A DNA stretch of 64,000 nt from Bacteroidota bacterium (GTDB lineage: Bacteria > Bacteroidota > Rhodothermia > Balneolales > HLUCCA01), in the NCBI GenBank assembly GCA_020832235.1, contig JAFIEZ010000003.1:333350-397349 (forward strand), in the 5' to 3' direction. The notes beneath the pieces were generated by a model. The model was given only the letters and a program-made list of their open reading frames with translations, was not told where the DNA came from and made no database searches. The position numbers were made by a program, and so were the translations under genes. Below are positions 48,817 to 59,369 of this stretch, one piece after another. Numbering within the stretch: the first letter of the stretch is position 1; each line of letters begins with the position of its first letter.

Positions 48817-49797
48817 TTAGTGGTCTCTGCTCATTAACTGATTCAGCATTGCATTTATTTCATCTGAATATCTACTTTTTTGAAATGTATTCAGGCTCTG
48901 CCTTGCTTCGTTGTATAATTGCTCTATCTTTTTTTGAGCAAATTGTAAAATATCGTACTTCTTATAGATGCCAATTACGGTATCGATATCGTCATCAAAA
49001 ACCTGAGTTGAATTTAGAATCTGATTTAACTTGATCTTATCCTGTTCATTGGCGAGTTGCATGGCAGAAATCGACAGATATGTTTTTTTCCCTTCGGCGA
49101 TATCCCCACCTGGCCTCTTACCAAATTTCTCTGGATCACCAATTGCATCGAGCAGATCATCTTGAATCTGAAATGCTATACCTGCTTTTAAACCAATGTC
49201 ACCACACATTTGAATTTGTGAGTCAGTTCCACCACCTATTATGGCTCCTAACTGTAAACTGGCTTGCAATAAGGCTGCAGTTTTTTGCTCTATCATGAGC
49301 ATATACTCGCTTAATGTTACGTCTGCCCTGCTCTCAAATTCCATATCTCTTGCCTGTCCCTCACATACAGTACGGCTCGCCTTCAAGAAAATTTGGTTGA
49401 GTTTTACATATTGTTCTTTGGTTATTGTATCGCGCGTACCATAGTAACTAAGCAACTCAAAAGAATAGGCAAATAAAGCATCACCGGATAGAATAGCAGT
49501 CGAATTGTCCCACTTTGCATGGACTGTCGGTAAGCCTCTGCGTTTGGAAGCATTATCCATGATGTCGTCATGAATGAGTGTGAAGTTGTGAAGTGTTTCT
49601 ACAGCTGCGGCTGCATTCATAGCTTCATTAATATCCCCATCGCATAACCCGCATCCGGCCAGAACCATTCGAGGTCTGATACGTTTCCCCCCGATTCCCA
49701 TAATATATCTAATGGGCTCGTAAAGCGTAGATGGATTGTCAGGGAGTGGAAGCTCCTTTAAGTATGATTCTAATTGATCCGGCTTTTCCGACTGCAT
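48817..49797 (-). CDS. Polyprenyl diphosphate synthase (trans-IPPS family)
   Basis: First and second Asp-rich motifs LIHDDIMD and QIQDDLLD. Chain-length specificity cannot be called from sequence alone. Confidence 0.9.
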   Translation of the reverse strand: MQSEKPDQLESYLKELPLPDNPSTLYEPIRYIMGIGGKRIRPRMVLAGCGLCDGDINEAMNAAAAVETLHNFTLIHDDIMDNASKRRGLPTVHAKWDNSTAILSGDALFAYSFELLSYYGTRDTITKEQYVKLNQIFLKASRTVCEGQARDMEFESRADVTLSEYMLMIEQKTAALLQASLQLGAIIGGGTDSQIQMCGDIGLKAGIAFQIQDDLLDAIGDPEKFGKRPGGDIAEGKKTYLSISAMQLANEQDKIKLNQILNSTQVFDDDIDTVIGIYKKYDILQFAQKKIEQLYNEARQSLNTFQKSRYSDEINAMLNQLMSRDH

Positions 49798-49868
49798 TTT
49801 GAATTGTGATGTATCAATTTATATAAGCCTCTAAGATACAAAATACTGTAGCTTAAACCTTAGTGGTT

Positions 49869-50879
49869 TTACTTATACAGGATTTCCTCATTCAGGTCTT
49901 TAATATCAGAACACCCGGTCAATAATAAGGTGTAACGCATAATCGTTCTCCACTGCTCAACTAATTCAGTTAGAGCATTACTGCCGCCATGCATAACCGC
50001 TTGAATTACAGGCTGCGCAGTTGCAGCAAATCCTGCACCCAGGCAAATACTTTTAATTACATCATGTGCACTTCTTATTCCACCCGATGCGATAATATTT
50101 TCGTGGTTTATTCCTGCATTTCTCAAATCTGTAAGACAATCTACCGTTGTTATTCCCCAATCATTAAATACACGGAGATATTTTTCATCGGTCCGAAGGT
50201 TTTCTACTTTTGCCCAGCTTGTTCCACCCGATCCCGCAATATCAATAACCTTCGCACCAGCTTGCAATAGTAATAATGCGACTTTGGCAGATATGCCTGC
50301 TCCAGTTTCTTTTACTATTACTGGAACCTGAGTACATGAAGCAAGATTTGCTATTCCATCCAGAATACCTTTGAAATTTCTATCACCTTCCGGCTGCATA
50401 AGTTCTTGAAGGGGATTCAGATGCACAATAATGGCGTCAGCTCTAATTGAATCGATCAGGATATTGATACTTTCTACAGGTAAGTTGCCTGCAAGTTGCG
50501 CACCACCAATATTACCTGCAATAAAGGCATTGGGAGCTTTTTTTCTTACGATGGAAAAGCTTTCAATGGTTTCTGGTTTTTCTAAAATCGCCCTTTGACT
50601 ACCCACTCCAAAAGGTATATTCTGTGACTCACATACAGAAGCGATGATCTCGTTAACTTGTGAAGCACCGGCAAATCCACCTGTCATCGATGAAATAAAC
50701 AGAGGCATCGAGAACGTCGTCCCTAACAGTTTTGCCTCTGTACTGATATCGCTTAGGTTAAGTTCAGGCAATGCATTGTGCCGGAATCGATAACGTTCAA
50801 AACCGGCATTGAATGTGTAAGCTGACTGATTATCAACTGTTAGTCGGATGTGGTCAGCTTTCCTGTTTTGAATGGACAT
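49869..50879 (-). CDS. fni: Type 2 isopentenyl-diphosphate delta-isomerase (FMN-dependent)
   Basis: FISSMTGG, VKETGAGIS, IASGGIRS motifs of IDI-2. 336 aa. Confidence 0.9.
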   Translation of the reverse strand: MSIQNRKADHIRLTVDNQSAYTFNAGFERYRFRHNALPELNLSDISTEAKLLGTTFSMPLFISSMTGGFAGASQVNEIIASVCESQNIPFGVGSQRAILEKPETIESFSIVRKKAPNAFIAGNIGGAQLAGNLPVESINILIDSIRADAIIVHLNPLQELMQPEGDRNFKGILDGIANLASCTQVPVIVKETGAGISAKVALLLLQAGAKVIDIAGSGGTSWAKVENLRTDEKYLRVFNDWGITTVDCLTDLRNAGINHENIIASGGIRSAHDVIKSICLGAGFAATAQPVIQAVMHGGSNALTELVEQWRTIMRYTLLLTGCSDIKDLNEEILYK

Positions 50880-50920
50880 GAGCTTAGCTCAGCGTGTTGA
50901 ATAAATGCCTGTAGTTCAGA

Positions 50921-51439
50921 CTAGTTTTTGGGTCGTCTCCACACGGGCACAAAAGAACAAGCCTCACCATACATTATGCGTTCTGCATAATGTTGAAGCT
51001 TATTGGTAGCCAAAGCATATGCACTCGGGGGTATAGTTCTATCGCTGCACCCTTTTAACAAGATGCGTTTGTCTTTGTACTGTGACCAGTCATGTTTGCT
51101 AAGTCGGTCATTAAAGACCTTGTCTATAGTATAGTCTGGCTTGCCAACTACTATATCATCAGCAAAATGGCTTGCATGAGTTACGACTAGCATATAAGCC
51201 CATGGTGCAATAATTGCGTCACTGGAACAGTATACGGCTAAGATTGACCCTTTGTATTGACTCCAGTCATGATCATCCAAATACTTGCGAAAGTCTTTTT
51301 CCTTAAGCAATAAATCCATAAACAAGAAGCTTTTCAGGTCTAATGACATCATGTTGAAGTCACCGGCTAATTTCTCAAGGTCTATAGTGATTAGACCCGA
51401 TTTAGCAACCTTGTTTTCAATCACAAATGGTTCATTCAT
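50921..51439 (-). CDS. DUF2480 family protein
   Basis: Start is taken at the internal ATG (MNEPFVIENKVAKSGLITIDLEKL...), which removes the overlap with the upstream IscA-like gene. I recall DUF2480 as a suf-associated family in Bacteroidota. Confidence 0.65.
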   Translation of the reverse strand: MNEPFVIENKVAKSGLITIDLEKLAGDFNMMSLDLKSFLFMDLLLKEKDFRKYLDDHDWSQYKGSILAVYCSSDAIIAPWAYMLVVTHASHFADDIVVGKPDYTIDKVFNDRLSKHDWSQYKDKRILLKGCSDRTIPPSAYALATNKLQHYAERIMYGEACSFVPVWRRPKN

Positions 51440-51452
51440 AGTAGCATAGTAT

Positions 51453-51794
51453 TTAGACTGAAAAAGATTCTCCGCACGAACAGGTTCGAGATGCATTTGG
51501 ATTCTTGAAATGAAACCCCTCTCCCTGCAATCCGTCTGTGTAGTCAAGTTCGGTACCAGCCAGATAGAGGAAACTGCGCATATCTATAACCAACAAGGTA
51601 TCATCAACTTCAAAGAGTTTTTGATCTTCGCCAGCCGTTGAAGGATCAAAGTCCCTATCAAAATCCAGCTCATAGGATAGGCCAGAACATCCACCGCTCA
51701 CTACACCGACCCTGAGGTAAGTATTGTGAGTGATACCCTGTTCAGAACGGATTTGCTTAATTCGGTTTTGTGCTCTCGCACTTATTGAAATCAT
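51453..51794 (-). CDS. Iron-sulfur cluster insertion protein (HesB/IscA/SufA family)
   Basis: GGCSGLSY and C-terminal CSCGESF cysteine ligands. 113 aa. Confidence 0.9.
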   Translation of the reverse strand: MISISARAQNRIKQIRSEQGITHNTYLRVGVVSGGCSGLSYELDFDRDFDPSTAGEDQKLFEVDDTLLVIDMRSFLYLAGTELDYTDGLQGEGFHFKNPNASRTCSCGESFSV

Positions 51795-51795
51795 G

Positions 51796-52350
51796 TTAAA
51801 CTGATTGAACTACAATTTCCGGATCAATTCGTCTTACCATACTCTCAATGGCATATAAAGTACCGCTAGTAGCTGTCGGACAGGTACCACAAGCTCCTTG
51901 ATAGTGAACTTTGAGTGTATTGTCTACCAAACCTATTACTTTCAACCCACCACCATCTGCAAGTAGATATGGACGTACCTGTTCATCAAGCATTTGATTG
52001 ATTTGCTTTAGTCGCGGATCATCACTTTCCATAGCTTCTTTAGAAGCATTTACTTCGTCGCTGTCACTTTCGAGCATTCCAACAGGCTCAGCTTCACGAA
52101 TTGGTGGTGCAAGTTTGCGTAAAAGTTCGTTCCAATCTGAGCTTCCGTCTTGTGTAACTGTGACATAATTGTCTACATAGTACACTGAAATAACGCTTTC
52201 TATTTCGAATAGCAAAGAGGCAAACGGGTCTTTTGCTGCTTGCTCTGCATTTTCATAAGAACGTGTAATTCCCTGGGAAATGGGATCTTTTAAAACAAAA
52301 CGCATCGCGTTTGGATTTGGTGTTCGCTCTATTTCTGCAATCTTTGGCAT
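51796..52350 (-). CDS. NifU/Nfu-family Fe-S scaffold or carrier protein
   Basis: Nfu_N-like N-terminus (ERTPNPNAMRFVL). The C-terminal NifU domain has the GACGTCP CxxC motif. Confidence 0.85.
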   Translation of the reverse strand: MPKIAEIERTPNPNAMRFVLKDPISQGITRSYENAEQAAKDPFASLLFEIESVISVYYVDNYVTVTQDGSSDWNELLRKLAPPIREAEPVGMLESDSDEVNASKEAMESDDPRLKQINQMLDEQVRPYLLADGGGLKVIGLVDNTLKVHYQGACGTCPTATSGTLYAIESMVRRIDPEIVVQSV

Positions 52351-52407
52351 AATTCTTACTCCTGTTTGTCCAGTCTGATGTTAACTTAAATTCTTTCTTT
52401 ACGGAGT

Positions 52408-52863
52408 TTATTCCGTAGTTATAATTTCTTTGCCTTTCAATGCTGCATCCAACGTATGCCAGGCAAGTGTGGCACATTTAACTCTTGCAGGAAGGTCTCT
52501 AACCCCTGCAAAGATGGCTAGTTTCCCTAGTTGATGTGGATGTTCAGCAATATCAAGCTTGCCAGTGCTCATGTCATGAAATTGATGAAATAACGTTCTA
52601 GCTTCTGCGATAGTTTTTCCTTTTACTGCCGTTGTCATCATAGATGCCGATGCTTTAGAAATAGCACATCCATCACCAGTAAAGGATACATCCGTTATAA
52701 TATTTTCACTATCTATTTTTACATAGAGCTGCAATTTATCGCCACACAACGGATTGTGTCCTTTCGACTCATAGTCGGAATCATCCATTTCTCTGAAGTT
52801 GCGTGGACTCTTATTGTGGTCAATAATAAGTTCCTGGTATAGTTGTTTCATTCTGGGATCCAT
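52408..52863 (-). CDS. sufU: SufU-type (IscU-like, zinc-dependent) sulfur transfer protein
   Basis: LYQELIIDHNKSPRNF, NPLCGD, GCAISKASASMM, VKCATLAW. All three conserved Cys are present. Confidence 0.88.
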   Translation of the reverse strand: MDPRMKQLYQELIIDHNKSPRNFREMDDSDYESKGHNPLCGDKLQLYVKIDSENIITDVSFTGDGCAISKASASMMTTAVKGKTIAEARTLFHQFHDMSTGKLDIAEHPHQLGKLAIFAGVRDLPARVKCATLAWHTLDAALKGKEIITTE

Positions 52864-54107
52864 CAGCCAAGAACCTCCTTAACCTCGTGTAAAGCATTGA
52901 TTAACGTGTCTATTTCTGACTTGGTATTGTAGAAGGCAAACGATGCACGTGTGGTAGCCGGAACATTGAAACGTTCCATTACAGGCTGTGCACAGTGGTG
53001 GCCAGATCTGACCGCAACACCATGAAAGTCAAGTATTGTTCCAATATCATGAGGATGTATGCCCTCAAGTATGAAGCTTAATACGGATGCTTTATTTGAA
53101 GCAGTTCCAATGATTTTTAGCCCTTCAATTTCTGCAACTCGCTGAGTCGCATAAGATAGAAGTTCATTTTCATAAGCTAGTATATTATCACGGCCTACAG
53201 CATCAAGGTACTCTATTGCTTTACCAAGCATTATTACCTGAGCTATTCCAGGTGTGCCGGCTTCAAATTTATATGGCAGATCATTGTACGTGATACCAGT
53301 TTCAAAAGAAACACTTAAAATCATATCACCACCACCACGATAAGGCGGCATTTCCTCCAAGTGTTCTGCTTTACCAAACAATATACCCGTACCGGTTGGT
53401 CCAAGCATTTTGTGGGCGGAAAACACATAGAAATCACAGTCTATATCGCTCACATTTACATTCATATGTGGAACCGACTGAGCACCATCTATAACAGTCA
53501 CAGCACCTGCTTCGTGGGCTAGTTGTGTAATTTCCTTTACAGGATTTATTGTGCCGAGCGCATTTGATACGTGATTAACTGCAACAATCTTTGTGCGTTC
53601 ACTTAGTAAATTTTTATAGGCATTTAAGTCTAATTCGCCTTCGTCAGTAATAGGAATAACTAGAATGTTGAGATTAAGCTGTTTTGATAATATATCCCAT
53701 GGAACGATATTCGCATGATGTTCCATATTGGATATTAAAATCTCATCTCCTTCCTTCAGAAACGTTTTTCCATAGGACTGTGCAATCAAGTTTATACTAT
53801 CTGTGGCACCGCTAGTGTAGATGATTTCGCGTTCTTCTTTTGCTCCGATGAATTTCTGTACCTTCTGCCTCACTTTTTCGAAAGCATCAGTGGCTTCCTG
53901 GCTCAGAGTATGAACGCCTCTGTGTACATTTGAATGATAGTTTCTATGATATTCGCCAAAGGCATCCATAACAACGGTAGGCATTTGAGAAGATGCTGCG
54001 TTGTCTAGGTAGACTAAGGGGTTGTCGCCTATACGACGCGACAGAATAGGGAAATCTTTCCTTATTCTGTCCACGTCAAAATGTACTTTTTGTTCAGAAG
54101 CGAACAT
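52863..54107 (-). CDS. sufS: Cysteine desulfurase SufS (class II)
   Basis: PLP lysine SAHKMLGPTG and catalytic Cys RSGHHCAQP. Start is taken at ATG 54107 (MFASEQKVHFD...), which avoids overlap with sufD. The ORF track extends to 54185. Confidence 0.93.
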   Translation of the reverse strand: MFASEQKVHFDVDRIRKDFPILSRRIGDNPLVYLDNAASSQMPTVVMDAFGEYHRNYHSNVHRGVHTLSQEATDAFEKVRQKVQKFIGAKEEREIIYTSGATDSINLIAQSYGKTFLKEGDEILISNMEHHANIVPWDILSKQLNLNILVIPITDEGELDLNAYKNLLSERTKIVAVNHVSNALGTINPVKEITQLAHEAGAVTVIDGAQSVPHMNVNVSDIDCDFYVFSAHKMLGPTGTGILFGKAEHLEEMPPYRGGGDMILSVSFETGITYNDLPYKFEAGTPGIAQVIMLGKAIEYLDAVGRDNILAYENELLSYATQRVAEIEGLKIIGTASNKASVLSFILEGIHPHDIGTILDFHGVAVRSGHHCAQPVMERFNVPATTRASFAFYNTKSEIDTLINALHEVKEVLG

Positions 54108-54120
54108 GTGATAATTGTCC

Positions 54121-55437
54121 TTATTCGAGACCGCGTTTAGTGTAAGTTTCAACAGCCTTTCGCAAGTCAGCTTTAATGGAGTCAACAGGGAGTGACTCTA
54201 TAACCTCAGTGGCAAAACCGAAAGTCAGAATTTCTTTCGTCTCAGAATCGTTTAGGCCTCTGCTTCTGAGGTAAAACTCCTGTTCACTATCGGTTTGTCC
54301 TACGGTAGCACCGTGGGAACACTTTACATCATCTGCGAATATTTCCAGCTGCGGTTTGGTGTAAACCATACCATCGAGGGAAAGTTGAAGATTATGGTTT
54401 TCTTGAAAAGCATCTGTTTTCTGGGCGTCTTTTCGTACAAATATCTTCCCGTTGAAAACACTGGTAGCTTTGCCATCAACAATAGTTTTGTGTAACTGGT
54501 GAGAAGTGCAATTAGCTACTCTGTGATCCATGATACTGTGAGTATCGGAAAGTTGGTTACTGGCAACCAGAACAAGTCCGTCCAGGGTCGCATGCGAACC
54601 TTCTCCGGCCATAATTGCCCTCACATCATTTCGGAATATCTCCGCGCCAAGAGATACGGTGTACGACTGAAGGTCGGCGCCGCGCTGCAGCTGACTTACA
54701 ATTCTGTTCACATGATATGCCTTGAGGCCATCTTTTTGTAAGCGTACGTGAGACATATGGGCTTCTTCGCCAAGCATAATTTCTGTGAAGGACGTCGTTA
54801 GGTACGATTGGTCATCATCGCCCAGATACTCTTCAACAACAGTAAACTCTGCATGACGTTCTGCAATAATAAGATTACGCGGGAACGAAGCCGCATTTTC
54901 GTGCCCATGTGTTAAATAAACAAGATGAATTGGTCTTTCGAATTTGGTTTCCTTTGGAATGTATATAAAAGCACCATCCTCAAACATTGCAGTATTTAGC
55001 AATGAAAAGAAATCTTTTTCGAAATTGTTTGCCTTATTGAAACTGACCTCGATCAGTGCGGCATGTTTTTCAACAGCTTCACACAGATTGGTTACAATGA
55101 TTCCATCCGGAATGTTAGTTACTTTTGACAGAGACTCACTGTAGATTCCATTGACAAAAACCAGTGTTGAATCTTTTGCCTCTGGTACGGTTGCCGTATC
55201 ATAGGTAACCGCTTTAATATCTGCAGGAGCTGCTTGCACAAAAGCGGATCTGGATATGGCTTTGATGTTGGTGAATCTCCATTCTTCGTCGCGAGTAGTT
55301 GGAAAGGGTGTCGAAGCAAGTTCAACAGACGCTTCTTTTTTAATAGCATCCATTGATCTCAGGTTCATTACCGGCACCTTTCCACTATTCAGCGTATCTA
55401 AATTGAAAGTGGCATCCTGTGCGGTTGTTAAACTCAT
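54121..55437 (-). CDS. sufD: Fe-S cluster assembly protein SufD
   Basis: 438 aa beta-helix family, positioned between sufC and sufS. C-terminal pattern ...CSHGATVGQ...FYLRSRG. Confidence 0.9.
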   Translation of the reverse strand: MSLTTAQDATFNLDTLNSGKVPVMNLRSMDAIKKEASVELASTPFPTTRDEEWRFTNIKAISRSAFVQAAPADIKAVTYDTATVPEAKDSTLVFVNGIYSESLSKVTNIPDGIIVTNLCEAVEKHAALIEVSFNKANNFEKDFFSLLNTAMFEDGAFIYIPKETKFERPIHLVYLTHGHENAASFPRNLIIAERHAEFTVVEEYLGDDDQSYLTTSFTEIMLGEEAHMSHVRLQKDGLKAYHVNRIVSQLQRGADLQSYTVSLGAEIFRNDVRAIMAGEGSHATLDGLVLVASNQLSDTHSIMDHRVANCTSHQLHKTIVDGKATSVFNGKIFVRKDAQKTDAFQENHNLQLSLDGMVYTKPQLEIFADDVKCSHGATVGQTDSEQEFYLRSRGLNDSETKEILTFGFATEVIESLPVDSIKADLRKAVETYTKRGLE

Positions 55438-56183
55438 TACTTAGCCTCCACTACTTCTTCATATCCCTGGTCTTCAAGCTGATGTGCAAGTTCTTTACCT
55501 CCAGATTTTACAATTCGGCCACCCTTTAGAACATGTACAAAATCAGGCGTTATATAATTAAGGATACGCTGGTAGTGTGTAACTAGCAGCACACCTTTAT
55601 CTTTAGATTTTATTTTATTGATGCCATCAGAAACAATACGAAGGGCGTCAATATCTAAGCCTGAATCAGTTTCATCGAGTAATGCCATTTTTGGATTAAG
55701 CACGGCCATTTGAAGAATTTCGTTACGTTTCTTTTCACCGCCAGAAAATCCATCATTCACGCTTCTATCCAGAAATTTGGGATCCATTTCTACCAAATCA
55801 AGCTTTCCGCGTACGTAATCATCGAACTCTAATGGGTCTAGTTCTTCTTCTCCATGTTCGCGTCGCATTGCATTGTAAGATTGTCGCATTAGCATTGAGT
55901 TGCTAACGCCTGGAATTTCAACTGGATATTGAAAAGCAAGAAAGATACCCATACGGGCACGCTCATCGGCATCCAGGTCTTCAATATTTGTACCCTCGAA
56001 CAGTATTTCACCTTCGGTTACTTCGTAGGCTGGGTGGCCAGCGATTACTTTAGAAAGGGTACTCTTTCCACTGCCGTTGGGTCCCATTATCGCGTGAACT
56101 TCACCGGCTTTGATTTCAAGGTTTATACCCTTCAGAATCTCGATGCCATCAACATTGGCATGTAAATTTTTAATTTGTAACAC
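55437..56183 (-). CDS. sufC: Fe-S cluster assembly ATPase SufC
   Basis: Walker [10 protein letters not shown], signature [13 protein letters not shown], Walker [12 protein letters not shown]. Confidence 0.96.
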   Translation of the reverse strand: MLQIKNLHANVDGIEILKGINLEIKAGEVHAIMGPNGSGKSTLSKVIAGHPAYEVTEGEILFEGTNIEDLDADERARMGIFLAFQYPVEIPGVSNSMLMRQSYNAMRREHGEEELDPLEFDDYVRGKLDLVEMDPKFLDRSVNDGFSGGEKKRNEILQMAVLNPKMALLDETDSGLDIDALRIVSDGINKIKSKDKGVLLVTHYQRILNYITPDFVHVLKGGRIVKSGGKELAHQLEDQGYEEVVEAK

Positions 56184-56220
56184 GTTTATCTTATCTAAGA
56201 GTTAATATTAATAATATTTA

Positions 56221-57663
56221 TTAGCCTACGCTTCCTTCAAGCTTGATAGACAACAATTTAGTCGCCTCAACTGCAAATTCCATTGGAAGTTCTTTGAATA
56301 CTTCTTTTACAAAGCCATTAATAATTAATGAGACCGCGTTTTCCTCATCTAATCCACGTTGCTGTAGGTAGAATATTTGATCTTCACCAATTTTAGATGT
56401 CGTGGCTTCGTGCTCAATACTTGCAGTGCTGTTGGCCGATTCAATATAGGGGAATGTATGTGCCCCGCACTGATCACCGATCAGCATAGAATCGCAAACA
56501 CTATAATTTCTGGCGCCATCAGCTTTTTTACCAATCTTGACGAGTCCGCGATAGCTGTTGTTAGATTCACCAGCTGATATACCCTTAGATATTATAGTTG
56601 AGCGTGTATTCTTGCCTAAGTGAATCATTTTAGTTCCGGTATCTGCCTGCATTTTGTCATTTGTCACGGCAACAGAGTAAAACTCTCCTATTGAGTTGTC
56701 ACCTTGCAGAATTACACTAGGGTATTTCCATGTAATTGCTGAGCCGGTTTCAACCTGCGTCCATGAAATCTTGGAATTCACACCCTTGCAGATGCCGCGT
56801 TTTGTAACAAAATTATAGATTCCACCAACACCGTTTTTATCTCCAGAATACCAGTTCTGCACTGTGGAGTACCGGATTTCAGCATTGTCAAGTGCAACAA
56901 GCTCAACTACGGCAGCATGAAGCTGGTTTTTGCTGAACATCGGTGCAGTACATCCTTCGAGGTATGATACGGATGAGCCTTCCTCAGCAACGATTAGTGT
57001 TCGCTCGAACTGCCCTGATTCTTCGTTGTTAATACGGAAGTATGTAGACAGCTCCATGGGGCAGGCTACACCTTTGGGTATATAGCAGAACGATCCGTCT
57101 GTAAAAACAGCTGAGTTTAATGCTGCAAAAAAGTTGTCATTTGCAGGTACAACCGAACCAATGTATTTTTTGATTAAGTCGGGGTAATCTTTTACAGCTT
57201 CTGAAATGGAACAGAAAATAACACCTGCTTCAGCGAGTTTTTCACGAAATGTGGTAGCTACAGATACACTGTCAAATACAGCGTCTACAGCAACATTTTG
57301 CAGCAATTTTTGTTCATTCAGTGGTATTCCAAGCTTCTCATACGTTTCTAGAATGGCCGGGTCAACCTCGTCTAAACTATCAAGGGTCGGTTTTTTCTTC
57401 GGAGCAGAATAATATATAATGTTATTATAGTCTACCGGAGGGTAGTCTACATTAGGCCATGTAGGTTCTTCCATTTTAAGCCAGTTGCGATAAGCTTTCA
57501 AACGGAACTCAAGCATAAATTCGGGCTCCCCTTTTTTCTCCGATATCATTCTTATGATATCTTCGTTGAGGCCGCGCGGAAATTCCTCGTATTCAACCTC
57601 TGTTTTGAATCCATATTTATATGGTTGGGAGACGACGGAGTCTAAAGCATCTGTTTCGCTCAT
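56221..57663 (-). CDS. sufB: Fe-S cluster assembly scaffold SufB
   Basis: 480 aa with highly conserved SufB blocks (YSTVQNWY, ...[22 protein letters not shown]). Confidence 0.96.
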   Translation of the reverse strand: MSETDALDSVVSQPYKYGFKTEVEYEEFPRGLNEDIIRMISEKKGEPEFMLEFRLKAYRNWLKMEEPTWPNVDYPPVDYNNIIYYSAPKKKPTLDSLDEVDPAILETYEKLGIPLNEQKLLQNVAVDAVFDSVSVATTFREKLAEAGVIFCSISEAVKDYPDLIKKYIGSVVPANDNFFAALNSAVFTDGSFCYIPKGVACPMELSTYFRINNEESGQFERTLIVAEEGSSVSYLEGCTAPMFSKNQLHAAVVELVALDNAEIRYSTVQNWYSGDKNGVGGIYNFVTKRGICKGVNSKISWTQVETGSAITWKYPSVILQGDNSIGEFYSVAVTNDKMQADTGTKMIHLGKNTRSTIISKGISAGESNNSYRGLVKIGKKADGARNYSVCDSMLIGDQCGAHTFPYIESANSTASIEHEATTSKIGEDQIFYLQQRGLDEENAVSLIINGFVKEVFKELPMEFAVEATKLLSIKLEGSVG

Positions 57664-57959
57664 TAATCTTGCCTTTTGGGTTGTGTATTTATAATTCCTG
57701 TCACATTAAACAATTGGCCTTTGCATGTCGTTCGACATCCTTTTTCTTATTTCCCCTGTATTCCCGGAAAGTGACCAAATAGCTTATTTAGATTTAATAA
57801 GCATAATATAAGGCATTTCGTTCTTTATATGTGCCATAAATTGCGGTGAATTTCTAAATTAAACATATTTTACACCTATGCTGACAACACTTAAGCATCG
57901 AACAATATTTAACTGCAATGCATGCTTAATAAATAAAATTTAATTAAACACGCCATATC

Positions 57960-59306
57960 ATGAGATTATTAATCTTTTTCTCCTTTTTACTGATTTATGC
58001 TTGTGGAAGCCCGGAAACTCCACAGGCACCTATATCAACTTCTCCGCCCGAGTGGAGCTATAATCAGACTATTTATGAAGTAAATATTCGTCAGTTCAGT
58101 GAGGACGGTACATTTGATGCTGTACGAGAAGATCTACCTCGCCTTAAAGAATTAGGTGTTGGAATTATATGGCTGATGCCTATTCATCCTATCGGAGAAG
58201 TTAACCGAAAAGGTACTCTTGGAAGCTATTATTCGGTTAAAGACTATTTTGACGTAAACCCTGAATTTGGCACGAAAGACGATTTTCGCCGTCTGGTTGA
58301 AGCTACACATGACCAAGGTATGTATCTCATTCTCGACTGGGTAGCAAATCATACTGCTTGGGATAATCCTCTTACTGTATCTAACCCGGCATTTTTTGAA
58401 ACGGATGAAAATGGGGACTTCATCCCTCCTCGTGGAACAGACTGGGATGATGTTATACAATTAGACTATGAGAATCCTGAAGTTTGGGATTATATGATTT
58501 CTGCTCTCAAATACTGGGTGGAAGAATTCAATATTGATGGTTATCGAGCCGATGTTGCAGATTTGGTGCCAACTGCTTTCTGGAATAGAGCACGCAAAGA
58601 ACTAGATCAAATTAAGCCAGTATTCATGCTTGCAGAGGCTGAAACTCCTGAACATCATTATGCTGCATTTGATATGTCGTACAGTTGGCGAATGCATCAT
58701 CTCTTTAACGCTATAGCTCAAGGCGCTGAACCCCTTTCTAAAATTGATGAATATATAGCGGAAGACAGAAGTCTATTTCCACCAAATGCTTTTCGAATGC
58801 AGTTTACCTCAAATCATGATGAAAACTCATGGAATGGAACCGTATTTGAGCGTTTAGGCGATGCAGTGAAAACTTTTGCTGTTCTAGCAAGTACGATGGA
58901 TGGCATGCCTTTGCTATACAATGGCCAAGAGGCAGGACTTAATAAACGATTAGAGTTCTTTGAGAGGGATCCGATTGAGTGGGAACACAATGAGTTCTTC
59001 GATTTCTACTCCAGGCTATTCAATCTCAACCTGCATAATGAAGCTTTATTCAATGGCGTGCGCGGTGGTAGAATGGTCCGCATTCCTACAAGTCAGGATG
59101 ATTTGATTTATGCTTTCTATCGCGAAAAAAACAACGACAGAGTTATCGTACTACTGAACCTGAGCAATCAAACCACAGAGGTATCCTGGAATTACGAAGG
59201 CTTATCTGGACTCTATACGGATCTATTCATGGAGGAGAGCCTTACATTGGATGCTACAAGCAGCTTTAACTTGGAGCCATGGCAGTATCACGTATTTGTC
59301 AAATAG
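57960..59306 (+). CDS. GH13 alpha-amylase-family glycoside hydrolase lipoprotein
   Basis: Lipobox IYAC. GH13 regions I-IV: LDWVANH, DGYRADVA, FMLAEAE, FTSNHDE. Confidence 0.9.
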   Translation: MRLLIFFSFLLIYACGSPETPQAPISTSPPEWSYNQTIYEVNIRQFSEDGTFDAVREDLPRLKELGVGIIWLMPIHPIGEVNRKGTLGSYYSVKDYFDVNPEFGTKDDFRRLVEATHDQGMYLILDWVANHTAWDNPLTVSNPAFFETDENGDFIPPRGTDWDDVIQLDYENPEVWDYMISALKYWVEEFNIDGYRADVADLVPTAFWNRARKELDQIKPVFMLAEAETPEHHYAAFDMSYSWRMHHLFNAIAQGAEPLSKIDEYIAEDRSLFPPNAFRMQFTSNHDENSWNGTVFERLGDAVKTFAVLASTMDGMPLLYNGQEAGLNKRLEFFERDPIEWEHNEFFDFYSRLFNLNLHNEALFNGVRGGRMVRIPTSQDDLIYAFYREKNNDRVIVLLNLSNQTTEVSWNYEGLSGLYTDLFMEESLTLDATSSFNLEPWQYHVFVK

Positions 59307-59313
59307 AATTGTT

Positions 59314-59348
59314 CAGCAGGCTTTATTTTCTATCGATAAAGCCTGCTG
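59314..59348. terminator. Shared hairpin terminator between the convergent amylase and pta genes
   Basis: CAGCAGGCTTTAT-(9 nt)-ATAAAGCCTGCTG is a 13-bp perfect stem. Flanks are only moderately T-rich on either strand. Confidence 0.6.
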
Positions 59349-59369
59349 ATTGTATCTCGGTTTCAACTA

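Noticed and set aside
52253-52477. 74-aa minus-strand ORF bridging the sufU 3' end and the Nfu gene 5' end.
   Set aside because: It is out of frame with both well-supported genes and spans the 57-nt intergenic gap, so it is most simply a chance ORF.
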